Source: Acidobacteriota bacterium
GTDB taxonomy: Bacteria > Acidobacteriota > UBA6911 > RPQK01 > JAJDTT01
Reading direction: 5' to 3'
DNA length: 64,000 nucleotides
Assembly: GCA_965219005.1 (NCBI GenBank)
Contig: CBDCMS010000004.1
Coordinates: forward strand, 659,841-723,840
A model generated the notes under the pieces. It was not told the origin of the DNA. It saw only the letters and a program-made list of their open reading frames with translations, and searched no databases. The number at the start of each line of letters is the position of its first letter. The stretch's first letter is position 1. The position numbers were made by a program, and so were the translations under genes. Below are positions 31,641-41,498 of this stretch, piece after piece.

Positions 31641-32645
31641 GTGTTCGGGGGGACTCGTCTTCTGCTACTTGCCAACGACCAAGCAGCGAAGCAGTGCTTG
31701 CCGTCTACTGATGGCGACTGTTGTGCAGACTCTTTGACCACCGTTGGAGTCTTTCCTCGAGACCGGTTCAGTCCACTGGCCGAGTGCCTGCGACGTCTTT
31801 TCCAGCACACCCCTGAGCCTTTCCACCTCATCCTGATTGATTGCGGTGGCCCACCCCAGTATCTTGCCGAAGCGACCGAAGTCATCGGGGACCGGCCGGT
31901 GCAAGTCATCCGCTCAGCGGGCTGGATGCTGCCGAACCAATCGCGTAATCTGGTGATGAAGGTGAATCGCAGCCCCACGCTGGTTCTGTTGGAGAACGAT
32001 ACCCTGGTTGAGCCGGGATGGCTGGACCATCTGTCTACGGCAGTCGAGCAGGAAGATGCTGACCTCGGCCTGCCGCTGGTGCACGAGAGAGGTCGAGAGG
32101 GTGTTCCCCATTTCGATCACAAGGTTACGGGAGTCCGTGAGGTAGAAACCTCATCCGGCACCCAGCTCCAGTTCGTGACGGCCGTCGATCGGAGCGAGAT
32201 CGCGGCTCGCAGGCAGATTACGAATCCGGCTGAGATGCACTGCATGCTTCTTCGTAGATCGGCCTCCGAACGGATTGGCTCTTTCGACGGCAGCCTGACC
32301 ACTAGAATGGACGCCGACTTCACCCTCCAGGCTCGCAAGCTCGGCCTTCGGACAGTCATAGAGCCGCAGAGCCATGTCTGCTTCTACCCCCCACCCCCGG
32401 TGCGGGCCAACGAGAGGGATTTCTTTCGCTGGAAGTGGAACGGAAAGTCGGCTCGGCGATCTCACGCCCGCATCATCGAGAGATGGAATCTAACCGAAAT
32501 GGCAGGTCATATCAGCTTCGCGGATCAGTTCCGATGCCGTGCCACCCCTTGGGAGTATGCCCTTTTTCGATTACAGCGCAGACTGTTGGCTATCTGGAAG
32601 CGTTTTCTCCCGGCCTTGAGATCCCCCCGAAGCCATGGGAAATGA
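31641..32645 (+). CDS. Glycosyltransferase family 2
   Basis: LIDCG, LLENDT...PGWL, GSFD. Confidence 0.75.
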   Translation: MFGGTRLLLLANDQAAKQCLPSTDGDCCADSLTTVGVFPRDRFSPLAECLRRLFQHTPEPFHLILIDCGGPPQYLAEATEVIGDRPVQVIRSAGWMLPNQSRNLVMKVNRSPTLVLLENDTLVEPGWLDHLSTAVEQEDADLGLPLVHERGREGVPHFDHKVTGVREVETSSGTQLQFVTAVDRSEIAARRQITNPAEMHCMLLRRSASERIGSFDGSLTTRMDADFTLQARKLGLRTVIEPQSHVCFYPPPPVRANERDFFRWKWNGKSARRSHARIIERWNLTEMAGHISFADQFRCRATPWEYALFRLQRRLLAIWKRFLPALRSPRSHGK

Positions 32646-33492
32646 ACGATCGCCGCGCCCGACTGTGAGCGTTATTACCACCATATACAACAGCGAAAGA
32701 TTTCTGGCCGAATGCATTGACAGCATCCTGTCCCAGGAGGGCGTCGAATTCGAAATGATTCTTGTCGACGACGGGTCGACGGATGGCGGGCGCGACGTCC
32801 TGGCTAGCTTCGACGATCCCAGGCTGAAGGTTGAGATGGCGCGACGAAGGGGACGAGCCCGGGCGCTCAACCGGGCCATCAGCAGGGCACGAGGGGGTTA
32901 CTTGGCAATCATGGATGCGGACGACGTCGCGGCTCCCGGACGCCTTGCCCAGCAGGCTTCCTTTTTGGACTTGCATTCTTCGGTTGGCGTGGTTGGATCA
33001 GCCTACAAGATTCTTATCGACGACGGGGGCTCGGTGATCGCCCAGCAGGTAAGAGAGGAGAGGGACGACCTGCAGCTTCGACACTGCCTTCTCGCTGGGG
33101 CCAACCCCTTCCACCACAGCTCTGTGATGCTGCGGGCCGAAGTGGTTCGAAGGGTGGGAGGCTATGACGAACATCTGCCGTTCTCGCTGGACCGAGACCT
33201 CTATGTTCGAGTGGCTCAGCACCATGGGCTTGGAGCGATCCGGGCTCCGGCCTCCTACGTTCGAGTTCACGCGGGCCGGTTCTTTGCGGGACCTACCGGT
33301 CCCCGTCGATCCAAGTATTTGCGGGTTGCCACTGCCCTCAGGCTTCAATACCGTATCACGCAGCGTCTTGGAGGGGGAGCACACTCCCTCTCCAGGCTGC
33401 TGGCTACATTGGTTCAAGCGCTTCTCCCTGGATTTGTTGTCAGGTGTATTTGGTTCCTGGTTGGCCGGAAACAGACCAGTGTGCCGGAGTGA
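32635..33492 (+). CDS. Glycosyltransferase family 2
   Basis: VSVI...YN, VDDGSTD, MDADD, GGYDE. Confidence 0.9.
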   Translation: MGNERSPRPTVSVITTIYNSERFLAECIDSILSQEGVEFEMILVDDGSTDGGRDVLASFDDPRLKVEMARRRGRARALNRAISRARGGYLAIMDADDVAAPGRLAQQASFLDLHSSVGVVGSAYKILIDDGGSVIAQQVREERDDLQLRHCLLAGANPFHHSSVMLRAEVVRRVGGYDEHLPFSLDRDLYVRVAQHHGLGAIRAPASYVRVHAGRFFAGPTGPRRSKYLRVATALRLQYRITQRLGGGAHSLSRLLATLVQALLPGFVVRCIWFLVGRKQTSVPE

Positions 33493-33764
33493 GACGTCGC
33501 CCAGGCGCGGCGGATTCGCGATTTGCTGCCGGAGGCTCGACAAGTTGGTTTCAGGGGCATGAAGCTCCGCGTCCAATACAGATAGAATCGCCGATATTCA
33601 GGCTCGGTCGTGGCGGTGGCCTCCGGGCCGCCGTGCGTCGAGAGCTAGGCTCGACCGCTCTACTTCGGCCTGGAGACCAAAGCCACGTCCCCTCCGTCCA
33701 CACCGAGTCAAACGATCAAGCCAACGGGGATACCACGCCGAGTGTACAACCCGTGCACCGGTTC

Positions 33765-35234
33765 CTACCGGAACCTCAGCGAGTACAGATCCGCATCCTT
33801 CATGATAAAGCGCAGCCGTATCGGCTCCCCGGCGATCCGACTGAGGTCGCTGTCCCTGCTCCAGGAGACCACCCGTTCGATCTCATCCCCTATGATCCTG
33901 GTGCACTCGGCAGCCGTGAAGCCAGCGATGGGGCTTGCACTGGCATCCTGAATCTCCACTTGCAGGCTGCCTGCGGCCGAGGTGGAATAGTTGATCACCA
34001 ACTCGCTGCCCGTGAATCGGAGGGTCCGGGATATCATCTCGCCTCCTTCATAGGGGGCATGGACCGAGGTGAAGCCATCGGTACGAAGGACCATTCGCTC
34101 CAGTCGGGCGGTGTCCTGTGCGTAATCCCGCTGGACGTAGAGTGACATCTCCTTAGGTCCCGTCGGCACCACGCCCAGGGCAGGATAGTTGGTGCGAGAG
34201 GTCCAGTTGCTCAAGCCTATGCCGGGCCGGATGAGGCTCTCCCTGAAGGTGAAATCATAGAGCGTTGTGCCGGCACGGCTGGTCAAAAGCACTCCGTCCG
34301 AGATGTCCCGGACCCTCCAGTCCGGATCACGGGGGAAGTCGGGGTCTGTGCCCAGCACTTTGGTCTGGGCCTGGTTGAGGACCCGACGGCCCGATTGGAA
34401 GCGGCCCGGCAGCGCAACATAGATATGGGAAGCCCTGAAGTAGGGGTGGGTTTGATTGGTGTACAGATGCTGCGACGGCACGGTGGTGCCGGTGTCGCTG
34501 TAGGTCATGAGAACGGGATCGGTCCAAGTGAGGAAATCCCTCGAGGTGGAACGTGCCATCGAGCGCCGCCCGCCCACCATGTGTCGGCAAAAAAGGACGT
34601 AGCGTTCCTCTACCTCAGACCAGAACATCACGTTCTGGGAGTCGAAATGGTTCCTCAGGCTTCTGGGGACGATGGCCTTCTCCTGTACCAGTTTCCAATG
34701 GACACCGTCCCCGGAGATGTAGCCAAGGAGTCCCCCTTTGGCCTCCATGTTGGCCTTGAAGCGTTGGGAGGCAGGTACTCCGGGACGGCCATCGATGAAG
34801 GGGCAGAACTGGCGTCCCGAGGCAAGGATGATGTTGTTCTCCCGGCTTCCCTCGAACTCCACCAGACCCAGGGGGGGACGGCTCCAACGGATTCCGTCCC
34901 GGCTTTCGGCATAGCAGGTGTAGCTCTGAGTCGAACCCAGTCCACAGCGATAGTACATGCGGTACGTATCACCGTCCTTGAGGACGGTGGTGTAGAAGGA
35001 GTACCAGTCCTCCCAGGGCTGGTCATACTCGATGGCAACCCCTCCCGGCCGGGGCTCTTGTAGCTGGAGACGCGTTCCCCTGAGCTGTCCAATCAGCCGG
35101 TAATCCACGAACAGCTCCAGTCGGGAGCCGATGTCCAGGGATTCCCGGGTGCGCGGTGGTTCTGCCAGAGCAGTTTCCACCACCAGGGAGACCAGCAGGG
35201 AAGCCAGTGAGACAGCCAGCATTCTCGTTCTCAT
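33765..35234 (-). CDS. Secreted beta-propeller glycoside-hydrolase-like protein
   Basis: Signal peptide, YAESRDG..W, FDSQN, RTDGF; related to the 19491 and 24935 ORFs. Confidence 0.7.
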   Translation of the reverse strand: MRTRMLAVSLASLLVSLVVETALAEPPRTRESLDIGSRLELFVDYRLIGQLRGTRLQLQEPRPGGVAIEYDQPWEDWYSFYTTVLKDGDTYRMYYRCGLGSTQSYTCYAESRDGIRWSRPPLGLVEFEGSRENNIILASGRQFCPFIDGRPGVPASQRFKANMEAKGGLLGYISGDGVHWKLVQEKAIVPRSLRNHFDSQNVMFWSEVEERYVLFCRHMVGGRRSMARSTSRDFLTWTDPVLMTYSDTGTTVPSQHLYTNQTHPYFRASHIYVALPGRFQSGRRVLNQAQTKVLGTDPDFPRDPDWRVRDISDGVLLTSRAGTTLYDFTFRESLIRPGIGLSNWTSRTNYPALGVVPTGPKEMSLYVQRDYAQDTARLERMVLRTDGFTSVHAPYEGGEMISRTLRFTGSELVINYSTSAAGSLQVEIQDASASPIAGFTAAECTRIIGDEIERVVSWSRDSDLSRIAGEPIRLRFIMKDADLYSLRFR

Positions 35235-35431
35235 TATCCAACCTCCATGTCGAAGGGTTTCTTGGTTGACAATGGAGTCAGACTATCTTGGCTGGCGGTA
35301 AGGATCAATGGCGTCGTCTCGGCGGGCCCGGGATAATCCGGGCACGTCTGGTCTTCTTTCTTCTCAGCCCGGCTTTTCAGAGCCGCCTGAATCGACCGTA
35401 CGACTTCCCCGGCGAGTACTGCCCAATCGAA

Positions 35432-35710
35432 TCATGGGCTGGGCGCGTGGCGTCTAAGGAAAGCCAGCGTCCGGTCCAGGAAGATCCGAGGCTGGTCCAG
35501 CCAGATCCAGTGTCCGCTGTCCCTCACCAGTACGAACTCATAGTTTTCGGCCCGCAGCGGTCCGCCGCTCCAACCGAGGGTCTGGTGAGGAGGATCGGCG
35601 GCGTCCACCTTACCGTAACCCGCGTTGAATATGAGGACAGGGCACTTGAAGTAGCCGGAAGTTTCGATCCTCTGGGAAAGGGGAGCCAGTCTGGTGACCT
35701 TGACTGCCAC
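35432..35710 (-). pseudogene. alpha/beta hydrolase C-terminal fragment
   Basis: CPVLI...DSGHWIWLDQP..F. Confidence 0.5.
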
Positions 35711-35723
35711 GAATCAATGTCGC

Positions 35724-36606
35724 CTAGCGATCTGTGACAGCGCCGTCGGAGAATCGCAGACTCCGCCAATTCTGAGGCTTGTAGGGGTAATTCACTGCGA
35801 CACTTTCGTCCAGATCCAGTCCCAGACCCGGTCGATCCGGGGGCAAGGCGTAGCCTTTATCGAACTTCACAGCACCTCCGTAGAACAGATCTTCCCAGAA
35901 TGGAGACTGCCCGTTGCCGATCTCCAGGATGCTGGCATTTGGGGTGCTCATGCAGACGTGAAGTGAAGCGATCGTACTGACTTCGCTTTGAGGATTGTGG
36001 GGAGCAAGCTCGATCCGAAAGGAATCGGCCAGGGCAGCGATCTTTTTCATTTCCAGGATGCCGCCGCAGTGCACTACGTCCGGTTGCACATAGTCGACCA
36101 GATGGCGCGCACAAATCTCGCTGAAGCCGTATTTACTGAACAATCGCTCACCCGTGGCCAGAGGCACATTGGTATGGGAGCGGAGGTGTGCCAGCTCACC
36201 GAGATCCTCCAACTGCGTGGGTTCCTCCACCCAGAAAGGCCTGTATTCCTCAGCCCTTCTGCAGAATTCGACCGCCATCGGGGTCGTGGCCTGCCCATGC
36301 AGCTCCACGCAAATATCGAAATCCGGTCCGACCGCCTCGCGCACGACAGCCAACCGCTCAATCCCTTGGCGTACCGCCTTTGCGGGTTCCATCAGACTCC
36401 CTTGTAGGGGCAGGAAGGATCCCTTGCAAGCTGTCCAGCCCTCCTCTTTTCGCCGGACCCAGAGCTCGACCCAACTCTCCAGTTTGTTTGCATCCACGGT
36501 CCTCTCTTCGGTGTGACCGGCGTTCTGGGAGGGCAGAATACGGTTTCCCGAACCCGTGTGAGGATAGACCCGCACCCGGTCTCGGGCCTTGCCTCCCAGC
36601 AGCTTG
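35724..36606 (-). pseudogene. Mandelate racemase/galactonate dehydratase-like enolase, N-terminus missing
   Basis: KLLGG..RDRVRVY, ELHG, WVEEP, ATGERL, QPDV.HCGG, APHNP. Confidence 0.8.
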
Positions 36607-37187
36607 ATCGCGACACTATTGTCATCTTCCTGGACGATTACGGCGAGGCTCTGGGAGATCATGGACTATGGGGTAAGGGGCCGCCGTACCACATCGACGG
36701 TGTGATACGAGTCCCGTTTCTGGTCCGCTGGCCGGGACGAATCCAGCCAGGCCAAGTGCACCGGGAACCGGCCAGCCTGCTGGACTTCGCACCGACGCTC
36801 TTGGACCTGGCGGGTGTGCCCATCCCCGAAGGGCGTCTCCCCTGCAGTGTTGAGGCCCCGGCTGCGCGGTCTGCCTGGCCGGGGCGAAGCCTGGTTCCTC
36901 TGTTGCAGGGGAGGACCGAGGCCACCGGACGAAGCGTTGTGGTGGAGATGGACGAGGACTATCTGGGATTTACGATGAGGACCCTGGCGACCAAGCGCCA
37001 CCGTCTGACCTGTTATTCGGGTCTGGAATCAGGGGAGCTGTTTGACCTGGAGCAGGACCCGAACGAGTACGACAATCTCTGGGACTTTCCCGAGATGCGA
37101 TCTGTGCGAGATGAGCTGCGCCTGGAGCTTCTGGACCAGATCCTGCGGACCGATCCCTGTCTCCCCCGACAGCTGAGCCGGTGGTAA
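36600..37187 (+). pseudogene. Sulfatase C-terminal half
   Basis: [53 protein letters not shown]; no CxPxR. Confidence 0.8.
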
Positions 37188-37479
37188 GGACTCCCTCCAC
37201 CCACCATTCCCCCTACCCGGGAAGTGCTGGCCCACGCTGCGCAGGGCGAGTTCGCGTCCCATTTGTTGGTGTATATGGCTTGTGTCGCTTATCGTGGCCG
37301 TTAAACATCTCAAATCGGGGCGCTATACTGATGTCGACAGTCTAGCACCGCTCCACCAGAGACCAAACCTACCTTCGGTCTGCCGGGTTCGTGTGGGTGA
37401 CACTGGCGAAGAGTTCCCCATGCGCTTCAGCAGGAAGCCCTTCCCGCTCCAGCCGCGCTACTCTTCTCCCTACTGCTGC

Positions 37480-38609
37480 CTCTTGAGGTGGACAGGAAGG
37501 GTTTGTAAAACGTCACGATTGGGGAGCCAATTCCACCAAGAACTTGCCGCTCCGATTTCTTCTGCACCGCTTGTTATGGGGTCTGAAGTGCTCAGGGGAG
37601 GTGTGCTGCCGTGCGAGGTGTTCGGTCGAATCGTGCCTCTCCGACACCGAGAATGAGCCCCCGCAAGGAATAGATGTGGGCCACCAGGAAGATCGCTACG
37701 ACATAGGAGGGAACGAACATGATGCGCGTCACGATTTGTGGCGCGAAGGACTCAGCCGGCACGACAAACAGCCCCAACACAAGCGCCATGGTGGCGTCCA
37801 GCAAGCCGATGACATTTGCAGCGATAGCGATCGATCTGCTGCCCGGCTTGCCCCGTAGCAACGCGTAGGCAGCATAGACGGCGAATACACCAACGAACAC
37901 GTCTCCGATCCCTGCGGCAACACCGAATCCGGGCGACACGAAGCCCATGTCCACGAGCACCAGAAAGATGAAGCCGAGCGTACGCAATCCCTGAAACCCG
38001 ATGAGTTGGTGCTGGGGGATTTCGTCCAAGATGGCGCGTACGGTGTGCGAGCTCAGCATCAGCAGGCTGGCAAAGGCAGGCGCAAAGAGGGCCCACAACA
38101 CCCGACCATGACCGCCCGACGCTGTCAGCGCCAGCTGCGTGTCGCTCTGGCTGAGCGTGAAGATGACTCCGAACCAGGCCGCAAGCAACACAGCGAGCCC
38201 GATGCGAGCGAGATGCTTGAAACCACGTGTCGAGTCTATCTTAAGGATGGCAGCCGAGAGCGCCAGCCAGACAAGGATTGACTGCACGACAGCGACCACG
38301 AAGATGGTGCCGACTGTGTAGGTTGGGTAGATGTCCATCGTTGCACTCCCACCACGGGCGTGGCATTCAGTTGTCGATCCACGTAAGCACTCCGATGGAG
38401 CGTCACACTGATCTCGCGAGCTTAGCACGCCTCAGCCAGGGGGCAAACCGGTTCACGATCTGTCTGGTTCGGCTTCTGGCTCCAGAGAGTTGACTTTGTA
38501 GCGGGCTTCACGAGGAGGTAGTGATCGGATCGGGCGAAGGACTCTCTTCCAAGAGCTCTCTCTTGAAGCGCACAGGAAGGGTTCGTAAAACGTCAAGATT
38601 GGGGAGCCA
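37480..38609 (+). repeat. 50-bp direct repeats (37480-37529 / 38560-38609, 45/50) containing sigma70-like promoters
   Basis: TTGAGG/TTGAAG-17 nt-TAAAAC followed by GTCA.GATTGGGGAGCCA in both copies. Confidence 0.75.
37592..38335 (-). CDS. Hypothetical multi-pass membrane protein
   Basis: About 7 TM segments; LIGFQ.LR.LG, AG.GD..VG, N.IGLLD; likely start at MDIY. Confidence 0.7.
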   Translation of the reverse strand, partial: DIYPTYTVGTIFVVAVVQSILVWLALSAAILKIDSTRGFKHLARIGLAVLLAAWFGVIFTLSQSDTQLALTASGGHGRVLWALFAPAFASLLMLSSHTVRAILDEIPQHQLIGFQGLRTLGFIFLVLVDMGFVSPGFGVAAGIGDVFVGVFAVYAAYALLRGKPGSRSIAIAANVIGLLDATMALVLGLFVVPAESFAPQIVTRIMFVPSYVVAIFLVAHIYSLRGLILGVGEARFDRTPRTAAHLP

Positions 38610-38852
38610 TTTTTTTCACTGAGTTAGCTTGCCAGCCTCTCTAGCAGGATTGGATCCAGCTAGGTTCGTCATACCGTGCAGACTCCCATCCGGGCTTGAA
38701 TCTATCGACTTCGTAACGGATTGGTCTTATGAGGACAACTGTCGGAAGTCCTACTGCAAAGAGGGGATCCGCGGGATCTTGACATTCTGTGGGGGTAGTA
38801 TGATCCTGGGCTTGATCGGGTTGATTCTAGTATCCGGGGGGGAGGGAGGCTC

Positions 38853-41387
38853 ATGTTTTTGGATAGGGTTCTCCATCGACGGGGCAAGCTCTATCTTGTC
38901 TTCATTTTGAGCGCTATCGGGTTCGGCTCTGCTGCTGGGGCGACGGACGTGTATGTTCCTCAGGCCGTTCGTGGCGACTCCGCAAACACCACACGTATCC
39001 TAATCTGGAATACCAGTGGCTCCGCGACCAGCGTCACTGTCGAGTTCTTCAACCAGTCCGGTGTCAGCCAGGAAGCTCAGACGCGAATAGTGGGCGTCGA
39101 CGCAACCGAAGAGGTCATCTTGGGTGGACCGGATGTGACCCTGACTGTGGGCTGGGTGAAGGTGAGCTCGAGTGGGACTGTTCTGGTGACCGCTTTTCTG
39201 AGCCTTGCCGGCGTCCCCCAGGTGGGAGTCCTGCCCGTCACCGGAGCCGACCAGTGGGGCGGAGTAGGGGAGGTCAACGCCGAAGCCAATACGGGAGTCG
39301 CGGCAGCCAATCCCGGCTCCACGACGGCCAATTGCATGCTCACGGCCTATCGGGCCAACGGCACGGTAGCCGGGACCGCTAACCTTACCCTGCAACCCGG
39401 TGAGCAAACAGCCCAATTCCTGGACGAACTGATTCCGGACCTCGCAACGCCCTATCAGGGATGCTTCAGCTTGACTTGCGAGGGCGGTAACGTGGTGCCT
39501 GTGGCCCTGAGACAGCGAAGGAGCGATGCCGCTTTTACGACCGTTGCCATGCCCAGTTCCCTGGGATCGACCGAATCGTACTTTGCCCAGGCCGTCCGGG
39601 GCGACCCCCAGAACACGACCCGGATTCTGATCTGGAACTCCGGAACCGTCACCGCCAGCGTGACCGTGGAGTTTTCCGATCAGAGCGGGGTCATTCGGGA
39701 AACCCAGAACCGGACCGTGGGTGCCAAGGCCACGCAGGAAGTAGTGCTAGGAGAGGAGGGCCTGAGCCTGACAGTCGGCTCAGTCAAGGTCACCTCGAAT
39801 GCCGACGTCCTGGTCACGGCTTTCTTCAATATTCTGGGCGTGCCCGAGGTCGGGGTGCTCCCGGTCACGGGGGCCGGCTGGTGGGCCGGAGTCGGTGATG
39901 TCTCAACCCTCGTGAACACAGGTCTCGCCGTAGCGAATGCCGGTTTGGGATCAGCCAACTGTGAGCTGACGGCATACAACGCCAACGGTTCTCTGGCGGG
40001 GAGTACCGGGATCAGCCTGGAACCTGGAGAACAAACAGCACGCTTTCTAGGCGAATTGATGCCAACCTTGCCGTCCTCCTACCAGGGCTGCTTCAGCCTG
40101 CACTGCGAAGGGGGGAACGTGGTCTCGGTGGTGCTCAGACAGCGAAGGAGCGACGGTGCCCTGGCCACCGTCGCCATGCCGCCCATCCCCGATGACGGCA
40201 ACGGCGGAGTGGGGTCGGGCCAGCTACTGGTCAGGACCATCGAAGGCCTCAGCTCCAACCAGGGAGCGGACGTCGTCCTAACGTCAGCAGTCGTGATCCG
40301 AGGCAAGACCGGCATCGGCGTCTCGCTGATACGGGCAGGGTGCAACGGCGTCGACTACTTTGGTGTCTTCTCGGCCGCCACTGGAGACTATGCGGTGGCG
40401 GTCCCGGCCGACAGCACCTGCAATCTCACCGTGATCTATCTCCACCCGCTATCGAGCGTGCTTCGACTGCGCTACGACCACCCCCCCATCCTGGTCGGCA
40501 CCGAGGACATCACCGAGGATCTGGACCTTCCTGAGGAACAGATCGTGACCCTATCTGGAACCGTAGATCTGTCGACCCTTCCATCTGAACTGAAAGCCAT
40601 GACCAAGCGTCTGGGTATCCATTCGACGAACGATACTGCTTTTGGCTTTCCCACCCTGGTAGAGGACTCTGCCATCCTACCGGCAGGCGCGGACGTGTTG
40701 CCTTATTCGACCCGGGTTCTGGCTAATACCACCTACGTCATGTCGATCAACTTCTTTCAAATTGGGCCGTTTGATATCCCTGCCTTCTACGCCATTGACA
40801 ACGTGAGCGTTGGCGGCAGCGACATCACGGCCAACCTCACCGTTCCGGCGGCAGTGAAGGTCTCAGGTATAGTGACGCAGGCCCAGACCACCCCCAAGGC
40901 TGGCACCGTCGTTTTCTTCGATCAAAGGGCCGAGGTCGAGCCCGGAGGACCGCTTCGACTCCTGACAGGCCTTACCGCAAGCCTATCCTTCATCCAACCC
41001 AACGGGTCCTATGATCTCTATGTGACCCGGGGACAGACCCACAACCTCTTTTCGTCGCTCACGCTGAACGACGGCTCGGTCTGGGCGACTCCGGTTAGGG
41101 GAAGCGATATCCGGTCGTTTGATACCGACACGACACTCAACTTTACCTTTCCCAACAAACCTGCCGAGACCAGTTTTTCCGGACGGGTCACCCGAGCCGG
41201 TGGGTCTGGCGTCCCTGACGTTTTTGTGAGTCTCTCATGCGCGGACATAACGGGAGCACCAAACACGACCCTTTTCAAGAGCACGACAACCGATGCTCAG
41301 GGAGACTACGCACTCGAGGTATTCGGAGCAAACGATTGCACGGTCTTTTTCAGTCCACCAGCCCCGAGTCTGCTAACCGCACCCTGA
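38853..41387 (+). CDS. Large secreted beta-rich protein with two tandem ~210-aa modules and a C-terminal carboxypeptidase-regulatory-like domain
   Basis: Duplicated QAVRGD..NTTRILIWN...NTG.A.AN...L.PGEQTA.FL.EL; GRVT..GG.GV...TTTDAQGDY. Confidence 0.8.
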   Translation: MFLDRVLHRRGKLYLVFILSAIGFGSAAGATDVYVPQAVRGDSANTTRILIWNTSGSATSVTVEFFNQSGVSQEAQTRIVGVDATEEVILGGPDVTLTVGWVKVSSSGTVLVTAFLSLAGVPQVGVLPVTGADQWGGVGEVNAEANTGVAAANPGSTTANCMLTAYRANGTVAGTANLTLQPGEQTAQFLDELIPDLATPYQGCFSLTCEGGNVVPVALRQRRSDAAFTTVAMPSSLGSTESYFAQAVRGDPQNTTRILIWNSGTVTASVTVEFSDQSGVIRETQNRTVGAKATQEVVLGEEGLSLTVGSVKVTSNADVLVTAFFNILGVPEVGVLPVTGAGWWAGVGDVSTLVNTGLAVANAGLGSANCELTAYNANGSLAGSTGISLEPGEQTARFLGELMPTLPSSYQGCFSLHCEGGNVVSVVLRQRRSDGALATVAMPPIPDDGNGGVGSGQLLVRTIEGLSSNQGADVVLTSAVVIRGKTGIGVSLIRAGCNGVDYFGVFSAATGDYAVAVPADSTCNLTVIYLHPLSSVLRLRYDHPPILVGTEDITEDLDLPEEQIVTLSGTVDLSTLPSELKAMTKRLGIHSTNDTAFGFPTLVEDSAILPAGADVLPYSTRVLANTTYVMSINFFQIGPFDIPAFYAIDNVSVGGSDITANLTVPAAVKVSGIVTQAQTTPKAGTVVFFDQRAEVEPGGPLRLLTGLTASLSFIQPNGSYDLYVTRGQTHNLFSSLTLNDGSVWATPVRGSDIRSFDTDTTLNFTFPNKPAETSFSGRVTRAGGSGVPDVFVSLSCADITGAPNTTLFKSTTTDAQGDYALEVFGANDCTVFFSPPAPSLLTAP

Positions 41388-41498
41388 TCGCGCTTTCCGG
41401 ACGAGTGCGCCGTGTTCCAATCTGATCGCCAGCTCCACCGCATTGTCGACGCCGATCGAAGACGCCTGGGTGAAAAGATCAATCACAGGCTGCAACAG

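Noticed and set aside
37498-38609. GGGTTCG...GGGGAGCCA as tRNA 3' ends or att sites
   Set aside because: No T-arm stem closes and there is no cloverleaf; a promoter reading fits better.
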